Numbered from the stretch's first letter, positions 18,713 through 28,860 are shown. The stretch is 64,000 bases of DNA from an uncultured Chitinophagaceae bacterium (GCA_964636205.1 CAZWPF010000001.1:21260-85259); one strand, 5' to 3'. The notes: generated from the letters alone by a model not told the origin. Numbers and translations: made by a program.

Positions 18713-18720
18713 TATATTTG
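18713..18720 (+). promoter_or_regulatory. -7 promoter box (TATATTTG) for the upxY-led operon
   Basis: Exact TAnnTTTG, about 72 nt upstream of the ATG at 18793, leaving a structured leader. Confidence 0.5.
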
Positions 18721-18792
18721 CATGGCTTTTAACTAAACCAGTCATGTACTTACCATGTGACTGAGATGGCGTAGCTATGCAAGTTGAACTAT

Positions 18793-19320
18793 ATGAGCCG
18801 AAATTGGTATGCGATTTATACCCGACCTCGTTGGGAGAAAAAGACAGATCGGCTGTTGCATGAGCGCGGTGTGCTTTCCTATTGTCCCTTGCATAAATCC
18901 AGAAGACGTTGGAGCGATAGAGTAAAACTTGTTGAAATACCCTTGTTTACATCTTACGTTTTTGTTTGCATAGATGAAGCTGAGATGAATTCGGTGAGAA
19001 CGACTCCCGGGGTATTGAATTTTGTTTACTGGAATGGAAAACCCGCAGTGATACCGGTAGAGGAAATCCAGTCGATCAAGCGGTTTTTGGATGCTTTCGA
19101 CGATGTTGAGTTGGTTCGGGCCGACTTAGTGCCGGGCGATCAGGTCGCCGTCGCAACTGGTCCGTTCGCAGATCGACAAGCTCAGGTATTGGAAGTAGGA
19201 AAGAAAAAGGTGAAGTTGCGTATAGATAGCTTGGGTTATGAAATCCTGGCCTATCTGGATCGCGCTAAGGTGCAAAAAGTAGAGGAAGCTCCACGCGCAG
19301 GATTTGCCAATATTGAGTAA
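18793..19320 (+). CDS. upxY: UpxY-family (NusG-like) transcription antiterminator
   Basis: MSRNWYAIYTRPRWEKK NGN-domain start and a KOW motif (GDQVAVATGPFADRQAQVLEV). It sits at the head of a long co-directional glycan operon. Confidence 0.8.
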   Translation: MSRNWYAIYTRPRWEKKTDRLLHERGVLSYCPLHKSRRRWSDRVKLVEIPLFTSYVFVCIDEAEMNSVRTTPGVLNFVYWNGKPAVIPVEEIQSIKRFLDAFDDVELVRADLVPGDQVAVATGPFADRQAQVLEVGKKKVKLRIDSLGYEILAYLDRAKVQKVEEAPRAGFANIE

Positions 19321-19349
19321 ATCGAATAGCGTTGACGAGAAAGTATAAG

Positions 19350-20240
19350 ATGGAAAAAAGAATGGTTAACGAAAATATTACTGCAAACATACCGGAGAGA
19401 GAATCGGAATGGACTGAAGTTATCCACCCAGAACATAAATTGTTCGATCTTAAACTGCGAGATGTTTGGAAATATCGTGACCTGCTCCTTCTGTTGGTTC
19501 GGCGCGATTTTGTAGCCACATACAAGCAGACAATTTTAGGACCAATTTGGTTTTTTCTTCAGCCAATCCTTACTACCCTTACATTCACCCTGATATTTGG
19601 AAGAATCGCAGGATTGAGTACCGATGGGCTCCCCATGATGTTGTTTTATCTGGCAGGTATCACCATGTGGAACTATTTCGCTGAGTGTCTGAATCGAACC
19701 GCAACTGTGTTTAAAGATAACGCCACGGTGTTCGGAAAAGTGTACTTCCCTCGTTTGGTAATGCCGCTGTCCATAATCGTAAGCAATTTGATAAAACTGG
19801 GTATCCAGTTTTTACTTTTCCTCTGTTTTTGGGGCTATTATCTCTTTACAGGCGCAAATGTGCAACCAAATGCGGTCATTATGATGTTTCCCCTATTGGT
19901 CATTATGATGGGGGGGCTTGGATTGGGATTCGGAATGATTATCTCGGCAATGACAACCAAATATAGAGATCTGGTTTTCTTACTGACTTTCGGTGTGCAG
20001 TTATTAATGTACGCCACCCCGGTTATCTATCCATTATCCTCCATCGGAGCGAAATATCAGTGGCTGATACTCGCAAATCCCATGTCATCAATAATTGAAA
20101 CATTCAGATATGGTTTTCTGGGGACAGGTAGTTTCAATTGGAACAGCCTGCTTTATAGCGGAGGATTTACACTAGTTGTGATGGTTATGGGAACGATCGT
20201 TTTCAATCGGGTGGAGAAGAGTTTTATGGACACTGTTTAA
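19350..20240 (+). CDS. wzm: ABC-2 type polysaccharide/O-antigen export permease (Wzm)
   Basis: Has the LLLLLVRRDFVATYKQTILGPIWFFLQP signature and 6 predicted TM segments. I prefer the ATG at 19350 over the TTG at 19332. Confidence 0.85.
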   Translation: MEKRMVNENITANIPERESEWTEVIHPEHKLFDLKLRDVWKYRDLLLLLVRRDFVATYKQTILGPIWFFLQPILTTLTFTLIFGRIAGLSTDGLPMMLFYLAGITMWNYFAECLNRTATVFKDNATVFGKVYFPRLVMPLSIIVSNLIKLGIQFLLFLCFWGYYLFTGANVQPNAVIMMFPLLVIMMGGLGLGFGMIISAMTTKYRDLVFLLTFGVQLLMYATPVIYPLSSIGAKYQWLILANPMSSIIETFRYGFLGTGSFNWNSLLYSGGFTLVVMVMGTIVFNRVEKSFMDTV

Positions 20241-20289
20241 GCACATTGTTAACCGGTTGTAGTTCTACCGGTAAAAGTTGCAGCGAAGT

Positions 20290-21555
20290 ATGAGCGATAT
20301 CGCAATAAAAGTTGAGAATTTAGGCAAACTATACCGTCTGGGTGAAGTAGGCACAGGTACGCTGAGCCATGATTTGAACCGATGGTTTGCAAAAATGCGC
20401 GGCAAGGAAGATCCGTTTTCCCGAGTAGGAGAAAAAAATGATCGGACTCAAAAGGGGGATAGCGATTATGTCTGGGCATTGCAAAATGTGAATTTTGAAG
20501 TGAAGCAGGGTGAGGTATTGGGTATTATCGGACGAAACGGAGCCGGTAAAAGTACCTTGCTTAAGTTACTGAGTAAGGTGACTAAACCCACTACCGGGCA
20601 AATGAAGATAAGGGGGCGTATCGCAAGTCTGCTCGAAGTGGGAACCGGATTTCATCCTGAAATGACCGGAAGGGAGAATATCTTTCTCAATGGCGCCATC
20701 CTCGGTATGACACGCAGAGAGATCCGCGCTAAATTCGATGAGATCGTTGACTTCGCCGGAGTTGAAAGATATGTGGACACCCCGGTAAAGAGATATAGTA
20801 GCGGGATGTACGTCAGACTCGCATTTGCAGTAGCTGCCTTTCTCGAACCCGAGATTCTGATTATCGATGAAGTATTGGCAGTAGGCGACGCGGAATTCCA
20901 AAGGAAATGCCTTGGGAGAATGAAAGATGTGAGTGTGAACGATGGGAGAACAGTATTGTTTGTAAGTCATAACATGACTTCAGTGATTTCCTTGTGTACA
21001 CAAGCTATCCTGATGGAACAGGGTACTATCGCGGCCGGTGGCGCTGTAGAACATATCGTACAGGAATACTTCCGCAACAATAGTAATGAAACGGGATTGA
21101 TCGATTCCGTGCATAGAAATGGTAACGGAAAAGCAATGGTTACCAGCGTAGAATTCGGTAGTATTCATAACGACGGTTCAAAATCACCAACATTAATTGC
21201 CGGACTCAAATCCTATTTTAAGTTTAATATAAAAACCGATGATCCTTCGCTTCTAAAGAGGGGAAGGTTGGATTTCAGAATTGATAGCTTACAGGGAACA
21301 CGATTGCTCTGGTTTACAACTGAAGTTCAGGAAGATTTTCAAATCGAAGGTGATTCGATCGTTTTTGAACTGCCCAGATTGCCTTTGATTCATGGGAAGT
21401 ATATTCTGACTACCTATCTGGAGATAGATAATGAGGTGGCCGACTGGATCCAACATGGAATCTTTTTGGATGTACAGGAAGGGCCGTTATACAAACGTGT
21501 CAACCAACTGACGCCCAACCAGGCACAGATTTATATTGAATACACAGTTAAATAA
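20290..21555 (+). CDS. wzt: ABC polysaccharide export ATP-binding protein (Wzt) with an extra C-terminal roughly 170-aa domain
   Basis: Walker A GRNGAGKST, signature YSSGMYVRLAF and Walker B LIIDEVLAVGD. These are followed by a beta-rich extension (VTSVEFGS...ILTTYLEIDN...IYIEYTVK). Confidence 0.85.
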   Translation: MSDIAIKVENLGKLYRLGEVGTGTLSHDLNRWFAKMRGKEDPFSRVGEKNDRTQKGDSDYVWALQNVNFEVKQGEVLGIIGRNGAGKSTLLKLLSKVTKPTTGQMKIRGRIASLLEVGTGFHPEMTGRENIFLNGAILGMTRREIRAKFDEIVDFAGVERYVDTPVKRYSSGMYVRLAFAVAAFLEPEILIIDEVLAVGDAEFQRKCLGRMKDVSVNDGRTVLFVSHNMTSVISLCTQAILMEQGTIAAGGAVEHIVQEYFRNNSNETGLIDSVHRNGNGKAMVTSVEFGSIHNDGSKSPTLIAGLKSYFKFNIKTDDPSLLKRGRLDFRIDSLQGTRLLWFTTEVQEDFQIEGDSIVFELPRLPLIHGKYILTTYLEIDNEVADWIQHGIFLDVQEGPLYKRVNQLTPNQAQIYIEYTVK

Positions 21556-21573
21556 ATAGTAGAACGGCTACTG

Positions 21574-22323
21574 ATGAATTGGATATCAAAACATTTTTCG
21601 CTATCAAGAGCAAACTCCAAATTGGAGGAGTTGAACAGGCGAATCGACCAACTCGACCGAAAGGAAGTCGAATCATTGGCAGCAGTTCAACTCGCCCAAA
21701 GTTTTACTTTTTCCAATTTCATACCCAGTACCAACTGGAGTATCAGCGCTTCGACTATCTTGCATATTCTGAATGAAATAATCATCAACAGAAGGAATAC
21801 TATAATCGAGTTTGGAGCCGGATTGTCAACCTTGTACATAGCAGCTCTGGCAAAGAAAAATAATATTCCGCTCACCCTAGTCTCCGTTGATCACTCTCCG
21901 GAATGGGTGCAGATAGTGAAGGAAACGCTGTCGAAAGAGGGACTCGATGGCATCGTGCATTTTGTTACTACCGATCTGGAGAATAATCGGTTTTGTACAG
22001 AGCGAAGCTGCCATTGGTATCAACCTGAAGGAATTCTCAGAAATCTGAGTCAACAGCAGTTCGATCTGGTAATCGTAGACGGACCGCCGGCAGGAAAAGC
22101 ACCTATCCGTTTGTCGAGATATGGGGCACTTCCTTTCTTGATGGAAAACAATTTGCTCCACCCGGCAGTGGCAGTAATACTTGATGATACCACCCGGGAG
22201 GGAGAAAATGAAATTGCTGAACGTTGGTGCAAGGAGTTTAAATTTAAAAAGCAAAAACTAAACGGACATAGTATTCTGTTTAAAGAGGAACGGTTTAGTA
22301 CAATACCCTTGTGCTTCCGATAA
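21574..22323 (+). CDS. Class I SAM-dependent methyltransferase (Methyltransf_24-like)
   Basis: 249 aa with IIEFGAGLSTLYIA (motif I), LVSVDHS and DLVIVDGPP. The N-terminal roughly 45 aa look like a coiled coil (SKLEELNRRIDQLDRKEVE). Confidence 0.6.
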   Translation: MNWISKHFSLSRANSKLEELNRRIDQLDRKEVESLAAVQLAQSFTFSNFIPSTNWSISASTILHILNEIIINRRNTIIEFGAGLSTLYIAALAKKNNIPLTLVSVDHSPEWVQIVKETLSKEGLDGIVHFVTTDLENNRFCTERSCHWYQPEGILRNLSQQQFDLVIVDGPPAGKAPIRLSRYGALPFLMENNLLHPAVAVILDDTTREGENEIAERWCKEFKFKKQKLNGHSILFKEERFSTIPLCFR

Positions 22324-22346
22324 GACAAACATACCTGGAGAGAGGA

Positions 22347-23318
22347 ATGAGTCAACCACTTATATCGATAGTAACACCTATTTACAATCGTGAATCACTG
22401 ATAGCAGAAACCATTCGATCGGTTAAAGAACAAACCTATCCGAATTGGGAAATGTTGATCGTTGATGACGGGAGTACGGATAATTCATGGGACTTAATCA
22501 GCGAGTTCAGTGCACAAGATCCAAGAATCAAGTGTTTCCGACGCGACCGATTGCCCAAAAATGCAAACACCTGTCGTAACATAGGGGTGCAGCATTCTAA
22601 AGGAGATTTTCTGTTGTTTTTAGACAGCGATGACAAGCTTATCCCAAATACATTGGAGCAAAGACTTGTTGTGGCACAGGCGCATCCGGAATTAGATTTC
22701 TGGCTATTTCACTACAGTTATTTTTCAAATGAAGAAGTAAAACAACCGGAGATGGCTCCTCCATTAGATTTGGATCAGGCGTACAATCAGCTGCTGCAGG
22801 GGAAGTGGTGTTATAACATCACCTCGATGTTTCTGAGAAGGACAACCTTTGAAGCAAATGGTCGATTCGATGAGCAGTTTAACCGGTTTCAGGATCCGGA
22901 TTTCTACCTCCGCCTATATGCCAATAAGCAATTTAAGGGCAAGGCATTTCCCATAGTCGATGCGATTATCCGGGTCGATATTATGGATCATTATAAACGC
23001 ACCGACAAATACTTGTCAAGCTATATCCTGGCGTACTCGCAATATATCGCTAAGCATTATCAATTGCTGGCAGGGCGCCCGGAAAAGAGGAAAATATTCG
23101 AACAAAGCATTCTGAATTTTTTCGACTATCACCTCCGATTTGTTCATCCAATCATATTGCTGAAACACTTCGATAAACAATATTGGAAGAACATTTTTAA
23201 ATGGGGTGTCAACCTCAAAAAGGGTTCAGTTATTGCATTTTTTTATATTGTATATTTAGCGGTTCCTACACGATTGAAAATAACTTTGTGTCGTAAAATC
23301 TTAACCAAGTGGAATTAG
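22347..23318 (+). CDS. GT2-family glycosyltransferase
   Basis: ISIVTPIYNRESLIAETIRSVKEQTYPNWEMLIVDDGSTDNS and FLDSDD motifs. Confidence 0.85.
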   Translation: MSQPLISIVTPIYNRESLIAETIRSVKEQTYPNWEMLIVDDGSTDNSWDLISEFSAQDPRIKCFRRDRLPKNANTCRNIGVQHSKGDFLLFLDSDDKLIPNTLEQRLVVAQAHPELDFWLFHYSYFSNEEVKQPEMAPPLDLDQAYNQLLQGKWCYNITSMFLRRTTFEANGRFDEQFNRFQDPDFYLRLYANKQFKGKAFPIVDAIIRVDIMDHYKRTDKYLSSYILAYSQYIAKHYQLLAGRPEKRKIFEQSILNFFDYHLRFVHPIILLKHFDKQYWKNIFKWGVNLKKGSVIAFFYIVYLAVPTRLKITLCRKILTKWN

Positions 23319-24016
23319 TAAAGTCAATTTACTGGAAAATTATGGGATTGGCGGGAGTCACTCCCGAAAGGAAGAATTTGGAATTTCATAAAAGGAACCA
23401 AGCCGGATTGATCGCAAAATATTTTTCCGGAAATTCAGTAAGAAAATTGCAAATAGGAGCTCAGGCTAATTCCATAGCCGGCTGGCTCAATGTGGATATC
23501 AGTCCGAAGGAGCGCTCGGTATGCTTTATGGATGCTACTGTTACTTTTCCATTCGCTGACAGTAGTTTCGATTATGTTTTCTCTGAGCATATGATCGAAC
23601 ATATCAGCTTCGATGAAGCTGTATTTATGGTTAAGGAATGTTATCGAATTCTGCGACCTGGTGGTAAAATCCGCATTGCGACACCTAATCTGGATGTGCT
23701 GGCAGCAATACTTAACTCGCCGGACAACCCGGATTACGCCGAGTATATCAGTCATTACCATCAAAGATTCTTTCCGGAAAAGCCTTGCCATCCGGCATTT
23801 GTCATAAATAAATTGTTCTATAGCTTTCATCACCGATTTATTCATAACTTCGACACACTCAAGTATATCTTGGCAGAAGCGGGTTTTACATCGATGACCC
23901 GTTGCGAGGTGAGCCAAAGCCAGGATCCGGAATTGCGAAATCTGGAACAACACTGGAGAGAAATGGGCGAAGTGCCCAATCGGGTGGAAACTATTGTGAT
24001 TGAAGCAGTAAAGTAG
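23309..24016 (+). CDS. SAM-dependent methyltransferase (Methyltransf_11/23-like)
   Basis: FSEHMIEHISFDEAVFMVKECYRILRPGGKIRIATPN. The start is uncertain: GTG at 23309 (overlapping the upstream gene) or ATG at 23342. Confidence 0.7.
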   Translation: MELVKSIYWKIMGLAGVTPERKNLEFHKRNQAGLIAKYFSGNSVRKLQIGAQANSIAGWLNVDISPKERSVCFMDATVTFPFADSSFDYVFSEHMIEHISFDEAVFMVKECYRILRPGGKIRIATPNLDVLAAILNSPDNPDYAEYISHYHQRFFPEKPCHPAFVINKLFYSFHHRFIHNFDTLKYILAEAGFTSMTRCEVSQSQDPELRNLEQHWREMGEVPNRVETIVIEAVK

Positions 24017-24024
24017 AAGATTTG

Positions 24025-24951
24025 ATGAAGGTTTCTTTATTTATTCCTGTTTATAATACCGAACTTTTTATCGCGCAGACCATAGAATCTGTATTGGCGC
24101 AAACCTTTACCGACTATGAACTGATCATCGTCGACGACTGTTCTACCGATAGCTCGTACGAGATCTGTAAGTCATATGCAGACCGCGATCCCAGAATAAA
24201 ATTGTATCGGAACGAGCAGAATCTGGGGATGATGCCCAATTGGAACAGGGGTATCAGTCTGGCAACCGGCAAATACTTCATGAAGCTGGATGCCGACGAT
24301 CTGATTCATAAGGAATTTGTAGAACGCTCTTTTCGGATTTTGGAAGAAAAGGAACATGTCGGACTGGTATGCTGTCGTTACGTGAATATCGATGCCTCCG
24401 GAAATGTGACAGGTGATGAAAGCGATATTCCTCAATGGGCTTCTAACAAAGAATTCAATTACGGAGATCTGGTGCAAACAGGCCTCAATTTATTTCAGTA
24501 TGCGGTCTGCAGACAAGGCATCGGTTTGATCCGAAAATCGCTGATTGATAAAGTGGGTGTGTATCTGACCATTCAGCCGGCGGATTCAGAATATTGGTTT
24601 CGGTTAGGTGCACATAGTACCTTTTACTGTATCGACGAATTGCTGTATTTCCATCGGGTTTGGTCGGGAAGCGATACGCAATCTACCATTAAAAATAATG
24701 CGGGTAAATTTGAGAAGAACATTTTCGATGCGCGGAATGCAATTTTCAATTATTACCATTCCATTGGTAAACTCAGCGAGACGCAGTATCGAAAGTTTAT
24801 TAAAGAAAACCAGTTTGAGTATAATAAATACTTGCTTTCCGCTGCTTTCAAACAAGGGAAAGTCTCAGATGCTTGTCGCATTTTATGGACACAACTGAGT
24901 CAAGCTCCTGGGAAGACGGTGCAGTATTACACAAAAAGAATATTAAAATGA
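24025..24951 (+). CDS. GT2-family glycosyltransferase
   Basis: VSLFIPVYNTELFIAQTIESVLAQTFTDYELIIVDDCSTDSS and KLDADD. Confidence 0.85.
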   Translation: MKVSLFIPVYNTELFIAQTIESVLAQTFTDYELIIVDDCSTDSSYEICKSYADRDPRIKLYRNEQNLGMMPNWNRGISLATGKYFMKLDADDLIHKEFVERSFRILEEKEHVGLVCCRYVNIDASGNVTGDESDIPQWASNKEFNYGDLVQTGLNLFQYAVCRQGIGLIRKSLIDKVGVYLTIQPADSEYWFRLGAHSTFYCIDELLYFHRVWSGSDTQSTIKNNAGKFEKNIFDARNAIFNYYHSIGKLSETQYRKFIKENQFEYNKYLLSAAFKQGKVSDACRILWTQLSQAPGKTVQYYTKRILK

Positions 24952-25850
24952 TCAAAACTGCATTTTGCGTTTCCTATGACTGGCAGATGCTGAAACGATC
25001 ACTGCCAAGAGTTTACAATGCATCGGATATAATTTGTCTGGGGCTTGATAAAGACAGACATACCTGGGCTTGTAATCCTTTTGAATTTGATGATAACGAG
25101 TTCTATGCATTCGTCAAACAAATCGACAAGGACAAAAAAATCATTATTTACGAGGATGATTTTTCATTGCCTGAATTGACAAGCAGGGAGAACTGTAATC
25201 GCCATCGCCATATGATGGCCGATAAAATGGGCGAAGGTGGATGGCATATCCAAGTGGATGCAGATGAGTATTTTCTGGACTTTGACGGGTTTGTTGCCTA
25301 TTTGAAGAAACTGGATGCCGCACCCAATCCGCAAAAAAAAGCAATCAATATTGCTTGTCCCTTTATTCCATTGATCAAAAAGACATCAGGAGGATATCTG
25401 TATGTCGATTTTAAAGACCGTTTACCGGAGATTATACCAATGGCTACCAATAAACCTGATTACCAGCGGGCCCGACAAAATGGACACTTCAATCATGTCA
25501 GTCCTTTTTATGTAATTCATGAAACCTGGGCTAGGAGTGAAGACGAACTCTGGTTTAAGATCAACAATTGGGGCCATGCTTCTGAAGAACTGGTGGAGAA
25601 GGAAAGAAGACTTAGCTACTTTACCTTGTGGAAATCTCTTGATAAATACAACTTCCAGTATATACGGGATTTTCATCCTGCGACTGCACCTACCTGGCCC
25701 GCATTGCAGTTTATTGAAGCAGCAAGTACAGATGAATTGCTGAATATTTTTCCGAAGCCGGATTTTCCATATAGCCCGTTCCAGCTGATGTTGAGAAACA
25801 ATAGAAATGCAGCGAGAGTAAGAGCTCTTTGGAAAAAGTTAACCGACTAA
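24948..25850 (+). CDS. Hypothetical protein, possibly a GT-A-fold transferase
   Basis: The ATG at 24948 overlaps the upstream stop (ATGA). WHIQVDADEYF resembles the DxD region of GT-A enzymes. No family firmly recognised. Confidence 0.4.
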   Translation: MIKTAFCVSYDWQMLKRSLPRVYNASDIICLGLDKDRHTWACNPFEFDDNEFYAFVKQIDKDKKIIIYEDDFSLPELTSRENCNRHRHMMADKMGEGGWHIQVDADEYFLDFDGFVAYLKKLDAAPNPQKKAINIACPFIPLIKKTSGGYLYVDFKDRLPEIIPMATNKPDYQRARQNGHFNHVSPFYVIHETWARSEDELWFKINNWGHASEELVEKERRLSYFTLWKSLDKYNFQYIRDFHPATAPTWPALQFIEAASTDELLNIFPKPDFPYSPFQLMLRNNRNAARVRALWKKLTD

Positions 25851-25853
25851 GGA

Positions 25854-26708
25854 ATGGGATTTTCAACTATGGATGTTTCTATAATCATAACCAATTATCA
25901 TACTGCTCATTTTACCCCGGATGCTATCAATTCTATCAGGGCAAATGTGGAGGGACTGAAATATGAGATCATTCTCGTAGAAAACGGATCAGATGAGTTC
26001 AATGAAGAATTGATTCGGCAGTTCGGTTGGCAGGATGTAGTGAAATTAATCGTTACTGAAAAAAATTTGGGCTTCGCCGGCGGCAACAATCTGGGTATCC
26101 AATACGCAACCGGCAAGTATATTATCTTGCTCAACAGTGATACCATTTTGAAGGAGAATGTGGTTTTAAAAACATTCAAGCATATGGAATCGCATCCGGA
26201 AATCGGGGTGTTGTCGGCACGATTGATATTTCCCGACGGAAGCATCCAATGTGCCGCGCAACGTTTTCCATCAATAAAGTACAATCTTTACGAGCTATTC
26301 AGAATTCAGAAGATATTGCCGAAAAAGTCCGCCGGCAGAATATTGCTGGGTGCATTCTTCGATCATAGTGAAACCGTTGAGGCTGACTGGGTGTGGGGAA
26401 CTTATTTTATGTTTCCCCGAAAAATATTGGAGCAGCTACCCGGTGGTAAATTGGACGATGAATTTGTAATGTATTGTGAGGATATCCAATGGTGTATGGA
26501 TATCCGTCGGCTCGGATATAAAGTTTGTTTCTTTGCAGAGGGATCCATTGTGCATTTGATGGGCGGAAGCTCTAAGTCGAAAAAAGAAGTGAGCGCCGCC
26601 GGTAAGGAAAAGCTGATCAAGAAGCATCATCTGATGTTGCTGAAGAAGAATTATCCGGCCTGGAAAGTATTTTTAATTCGCCTGACCGACCGAATGCTGG
26701 GTAAGTAA
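25854..26708 (+). CDS. GT2-family glycosyltransferase (rhamnosyltransferase-like subfamily)
   Basis: VSIIITNYHTAHFT...YEIILVENGSDE, NLGFAGGNN, LNSDT and YCEDIQWC motifs. Confidence 0.85.
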   Translation: MGFSTMDVSIIITNYHTAHFTPDAINSIRANVEGLKYEIILVENGSDEFNEELIRQFGWQDVVKLIVTEKNLGFAGGNNLGIQYATGKYIILLNSDTILKENVVLKTFKHMESHPEIGVLSARLIFPDGSIQCAAQRFPSIKYNLYELFRIQKILPKKSAGRILLGAFFDHSETVEADWVWGTYFMFPRKILEQLPGGKLDDEFVMYCEDIQWCMDIRRLGYKVCFFAEGSIVHLMGGSSKSKKEVSAAGKEKLIKKHHLMLLKKNYPAWKVFLIRLTDRMLGK

Positions 26709-26747
26709 ATTTCAGCAATCGGGACAAGGGTAAAGAATATTCGTGTA

Positions 26748-27662
26748 GTGAAGTTAAGTGTCATCATTCCAACTTATAACGGTGCGCAAAAGATTATGAA
26801 TGTCTTGAGGGCGCTGGAGCAACAGTCTTATCCTCCCGATGAAGTAATCGTGGTGATCGACGGTTCGACCGACAATACCCGAGCATTGTTGGATAGAAAT
26901 AGTTTCAGGTTTCAGTCATTTCGAATAATCGAGCAGGAAAACGGAGGACGGGCGAAGGTTAGAAACAGAGGAGCGCAAGAGGCAAAGGGAGAATTATTGG
27001 TTTTTTTTGATGATGATATGCGGCCCGCACCGGATTGTTTATCCATCCATATCATGCACCATGAGCAATTTGCCGAAAGTATACTGACCGGTGCACAACT
27101 GGAGGAAAAGAGGAAAAACACCTCCGATTTTCAAAATTTCAAAGCCGATCTGAGTAATAAATGGTATCAGACCTATCTGAATGAGCCACATATTAAGACT
27201 GAGGAGCAGGTTTTTCTGACCGCCGCAAATTTTTCGATAGCAACTCATTTATTTAAATCGCTAGGGGGATTTGATGAGCGACTCACAGATGCCGAAGATT
27301 ATGATTTCGGGCGGAGAGCATTTGCCGCCGGAATCCCCATGTATGTTAAACCGGAGGCACATGCATGGCACGACGATCCGATAAGTTGCCGGAAGTATAT
27401 CGACCGACAAAAACAATATAAGGCTGCGCATCAATTGCTCCGGCAACTGAAACCAGACTTGTACCTTGAAAAAAATAAGTACTTACCACCCACACCTACC
27501 GGTTGGAAACTCAAATCGTTCAAGGTTTTTGCACATCCGGCATGGATTACAATGATCGATCGGCAAAGCTTTTTATTCTTGCCCAAAAAAATCAGGTACA
27601 AGTTATACGATATCGTAGTTACAGCTCATTCCTTGTTATCTTCAGATAAGAGTAGCAATTGA
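26748..27662 (+). CDS. GT2-family glycosyltransferase
   Basis: GTG start. LSVIIPTYNGAQKIMNVLRALEQQSYPPDEVIVVIDGSTDNT, FFDDDM and AEDYDFG. Confidence 0.85.
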   Translation: MKLSVIIPTYNGAQKIMNVLRALEQQSYPPDEVIVVIDGSTDNTRALLDRNSFRFQSFRIIEQENGGRAKVRNRGAQEAKGELLVFFDDDMRPAPDCLSIHIMHHEQFAESILTGAQLEEKRKNTSDFQNFKADLSNKWYQTYLNEPHIKTEEQVFLTAANFSIATHLFKSLGGFDERLTDAEDYDFGRRAFAAGIPMYVKPEAHAWHDDPISCRKYIDRQKQYKAAHQLLRQLKPDLYLEKNKYLPPTPTGWKLKSFKVFAHPAWITMIDRQSFLFLPKKIRYKLYDIVVTAHSLLSSDKSSN

Positions 27663-27744
27663 GACCACCGGGCCGATTCCCACCGTTTCGTAGATTTGTA
27701 ACCTTTATTAAAATAAATTCTTGAACTAGAGCCAGGAGATCGGA

Positions 27745-28860
27745 TTGATAAAGAAAATAACATATATTATATCTGATATAGATAAGGCTTTAGGTTTTGA
27801 GTGGATAGCTGAAGCGTTACCTGCTCAACGCTATGAGCAATCTTATATATTGTTGAACCCGGGGCCCACTACAATGGAGCGCTTTCTGCTGGATCGAGGT
27901 TTTCAGGTTGATCGGGTAGAGTGTCGGGGGAAGTCAGATTGGCTGAAGGCGATATGGAAGGTGTCGAAGCTGCTCCGTAAACACAAGCCGGATATCGTCC
28001 ATTGTCAATTGATCCAGGCGAATATCGTGGGACTTACCGCCGCGAGAATTGCGGGGATCAAAAGAAGAATTTATACCCGGCATCATTCAGATTATCATCA
28101 TCGCTATTTCCCTAAAGGGGTTTGGTTGGACCGTTATAGCAATGCACTGGCTACTGATATTGTTGCGCCCTCACAGGTGGTGAGGGAGATTCTGACAGAA
28201 CAAGAAGGTGTGCCTGCTGCTAAGGTCTGTTTGATCCCTCATGGTTTCGATATGGCGTATTTTAGTGAAATTAGTGAGGAGAGAGTAGTTCGATTGCAGG
28301 ATAAATATCAAACAGCCGGATACACACCTGTTGTCGGTGTCATCTCCCGGTTTACAAGTCTGAAAGGAATACAGTTTATAATTCCGGCGTTTAAAAAAAT
28401 TTTAGAGCATTATCCTCAAGCATTACTGATGCTGTTTAATGCCAAAGGAGATGACGCCGCACAAATATTTAGTCAGTTATCTTCGCTGCCGGAGAACAGT
28501 TATCGCACTGTGCCGTTTGAGGAGGATTTGAGCGCAGTTTACAGGCTGTTCGACGTGTTTGTGCAGGCTTCGACCGACCGAAGTATTGAGGCCTTTGGGC
28601 AGACCTATGTGGAGGCGCTGGCCACAAGGACGCCTTCAGTGTTTACACTAGCCGGGATCGCCGGAGATTTTGTAAAGGACAATCAGAATGCATTAGTGGT
28701 ACCTTTTAGTGATAGCGATGCTATATATGAGGCACTGATGAAATTGTTAAATGATGAGCAATTGCGGACGCGACTGAAGGAAGAGGGGTACCGAACGGTA
28801 TCTGCTGTCTTCGGACTGGAGAATATGATAGCTAAATTAGATCGATTGTATGCAAGATGA
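27745..28860 (+). CDS. GT4-family (GT-B, group 1) glycosyltransferase
   Basis: TTG start. The C-terminal half has VGVISRFTSLKGIQ and the EAFGQTYVEALA (E-x7-E-like) motif. Confidence 0.8.
   Translation: MIKKITYIISDIDKALGFEWIAEALPAQRYEQSYILLNPGPTTMERFLLDRGFQVDRVECRGKSDWLKAIWKVSKLLRKHKPDIVHCQLIQANIVGLTAARIAGIKRRIYTRHHSDYHHRYFPKGVWLDRYSNALATDIVAPSQVVREILTEQEGVPAAKVCLIPHGFDMAYFSEISEERVVRLQDKYQTAGYTPVVGVISRFTSLKGIQFIIPAFKKILEHYPQALLMLFNAKGDDAAQIFSQLSSLPENSYRTVPFEEDLSAVYRLFDVFVQASTDRSIEAFGQTYVEALATRTPSVFTLAGIAGDFVKDNQNALVVPFSDSDAIYEALMKLLNDEQLRTRLKEEGYRTVSAVFGLENMIAKLDRLYAR

Noticed and set aside
18579-18792. Invertible (phase-variable) promoter upstream of upxY, as in Bacteroides fragilis capsule loci
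   Set aside because: I found no convincing long inverted repeats flanking the promoter box, and no site-specific recombinase gene is nearby.
27725-27747. AGGAGA 8 nt upstream of the TTG start of the GT4 gene, as a functional Shine-Dalgarno sequence
   Set aside because: This is a single occurrence inside a tightly packed operon in an SD-poor lineage, so it is likely coincidental. I did not list it as a feature.
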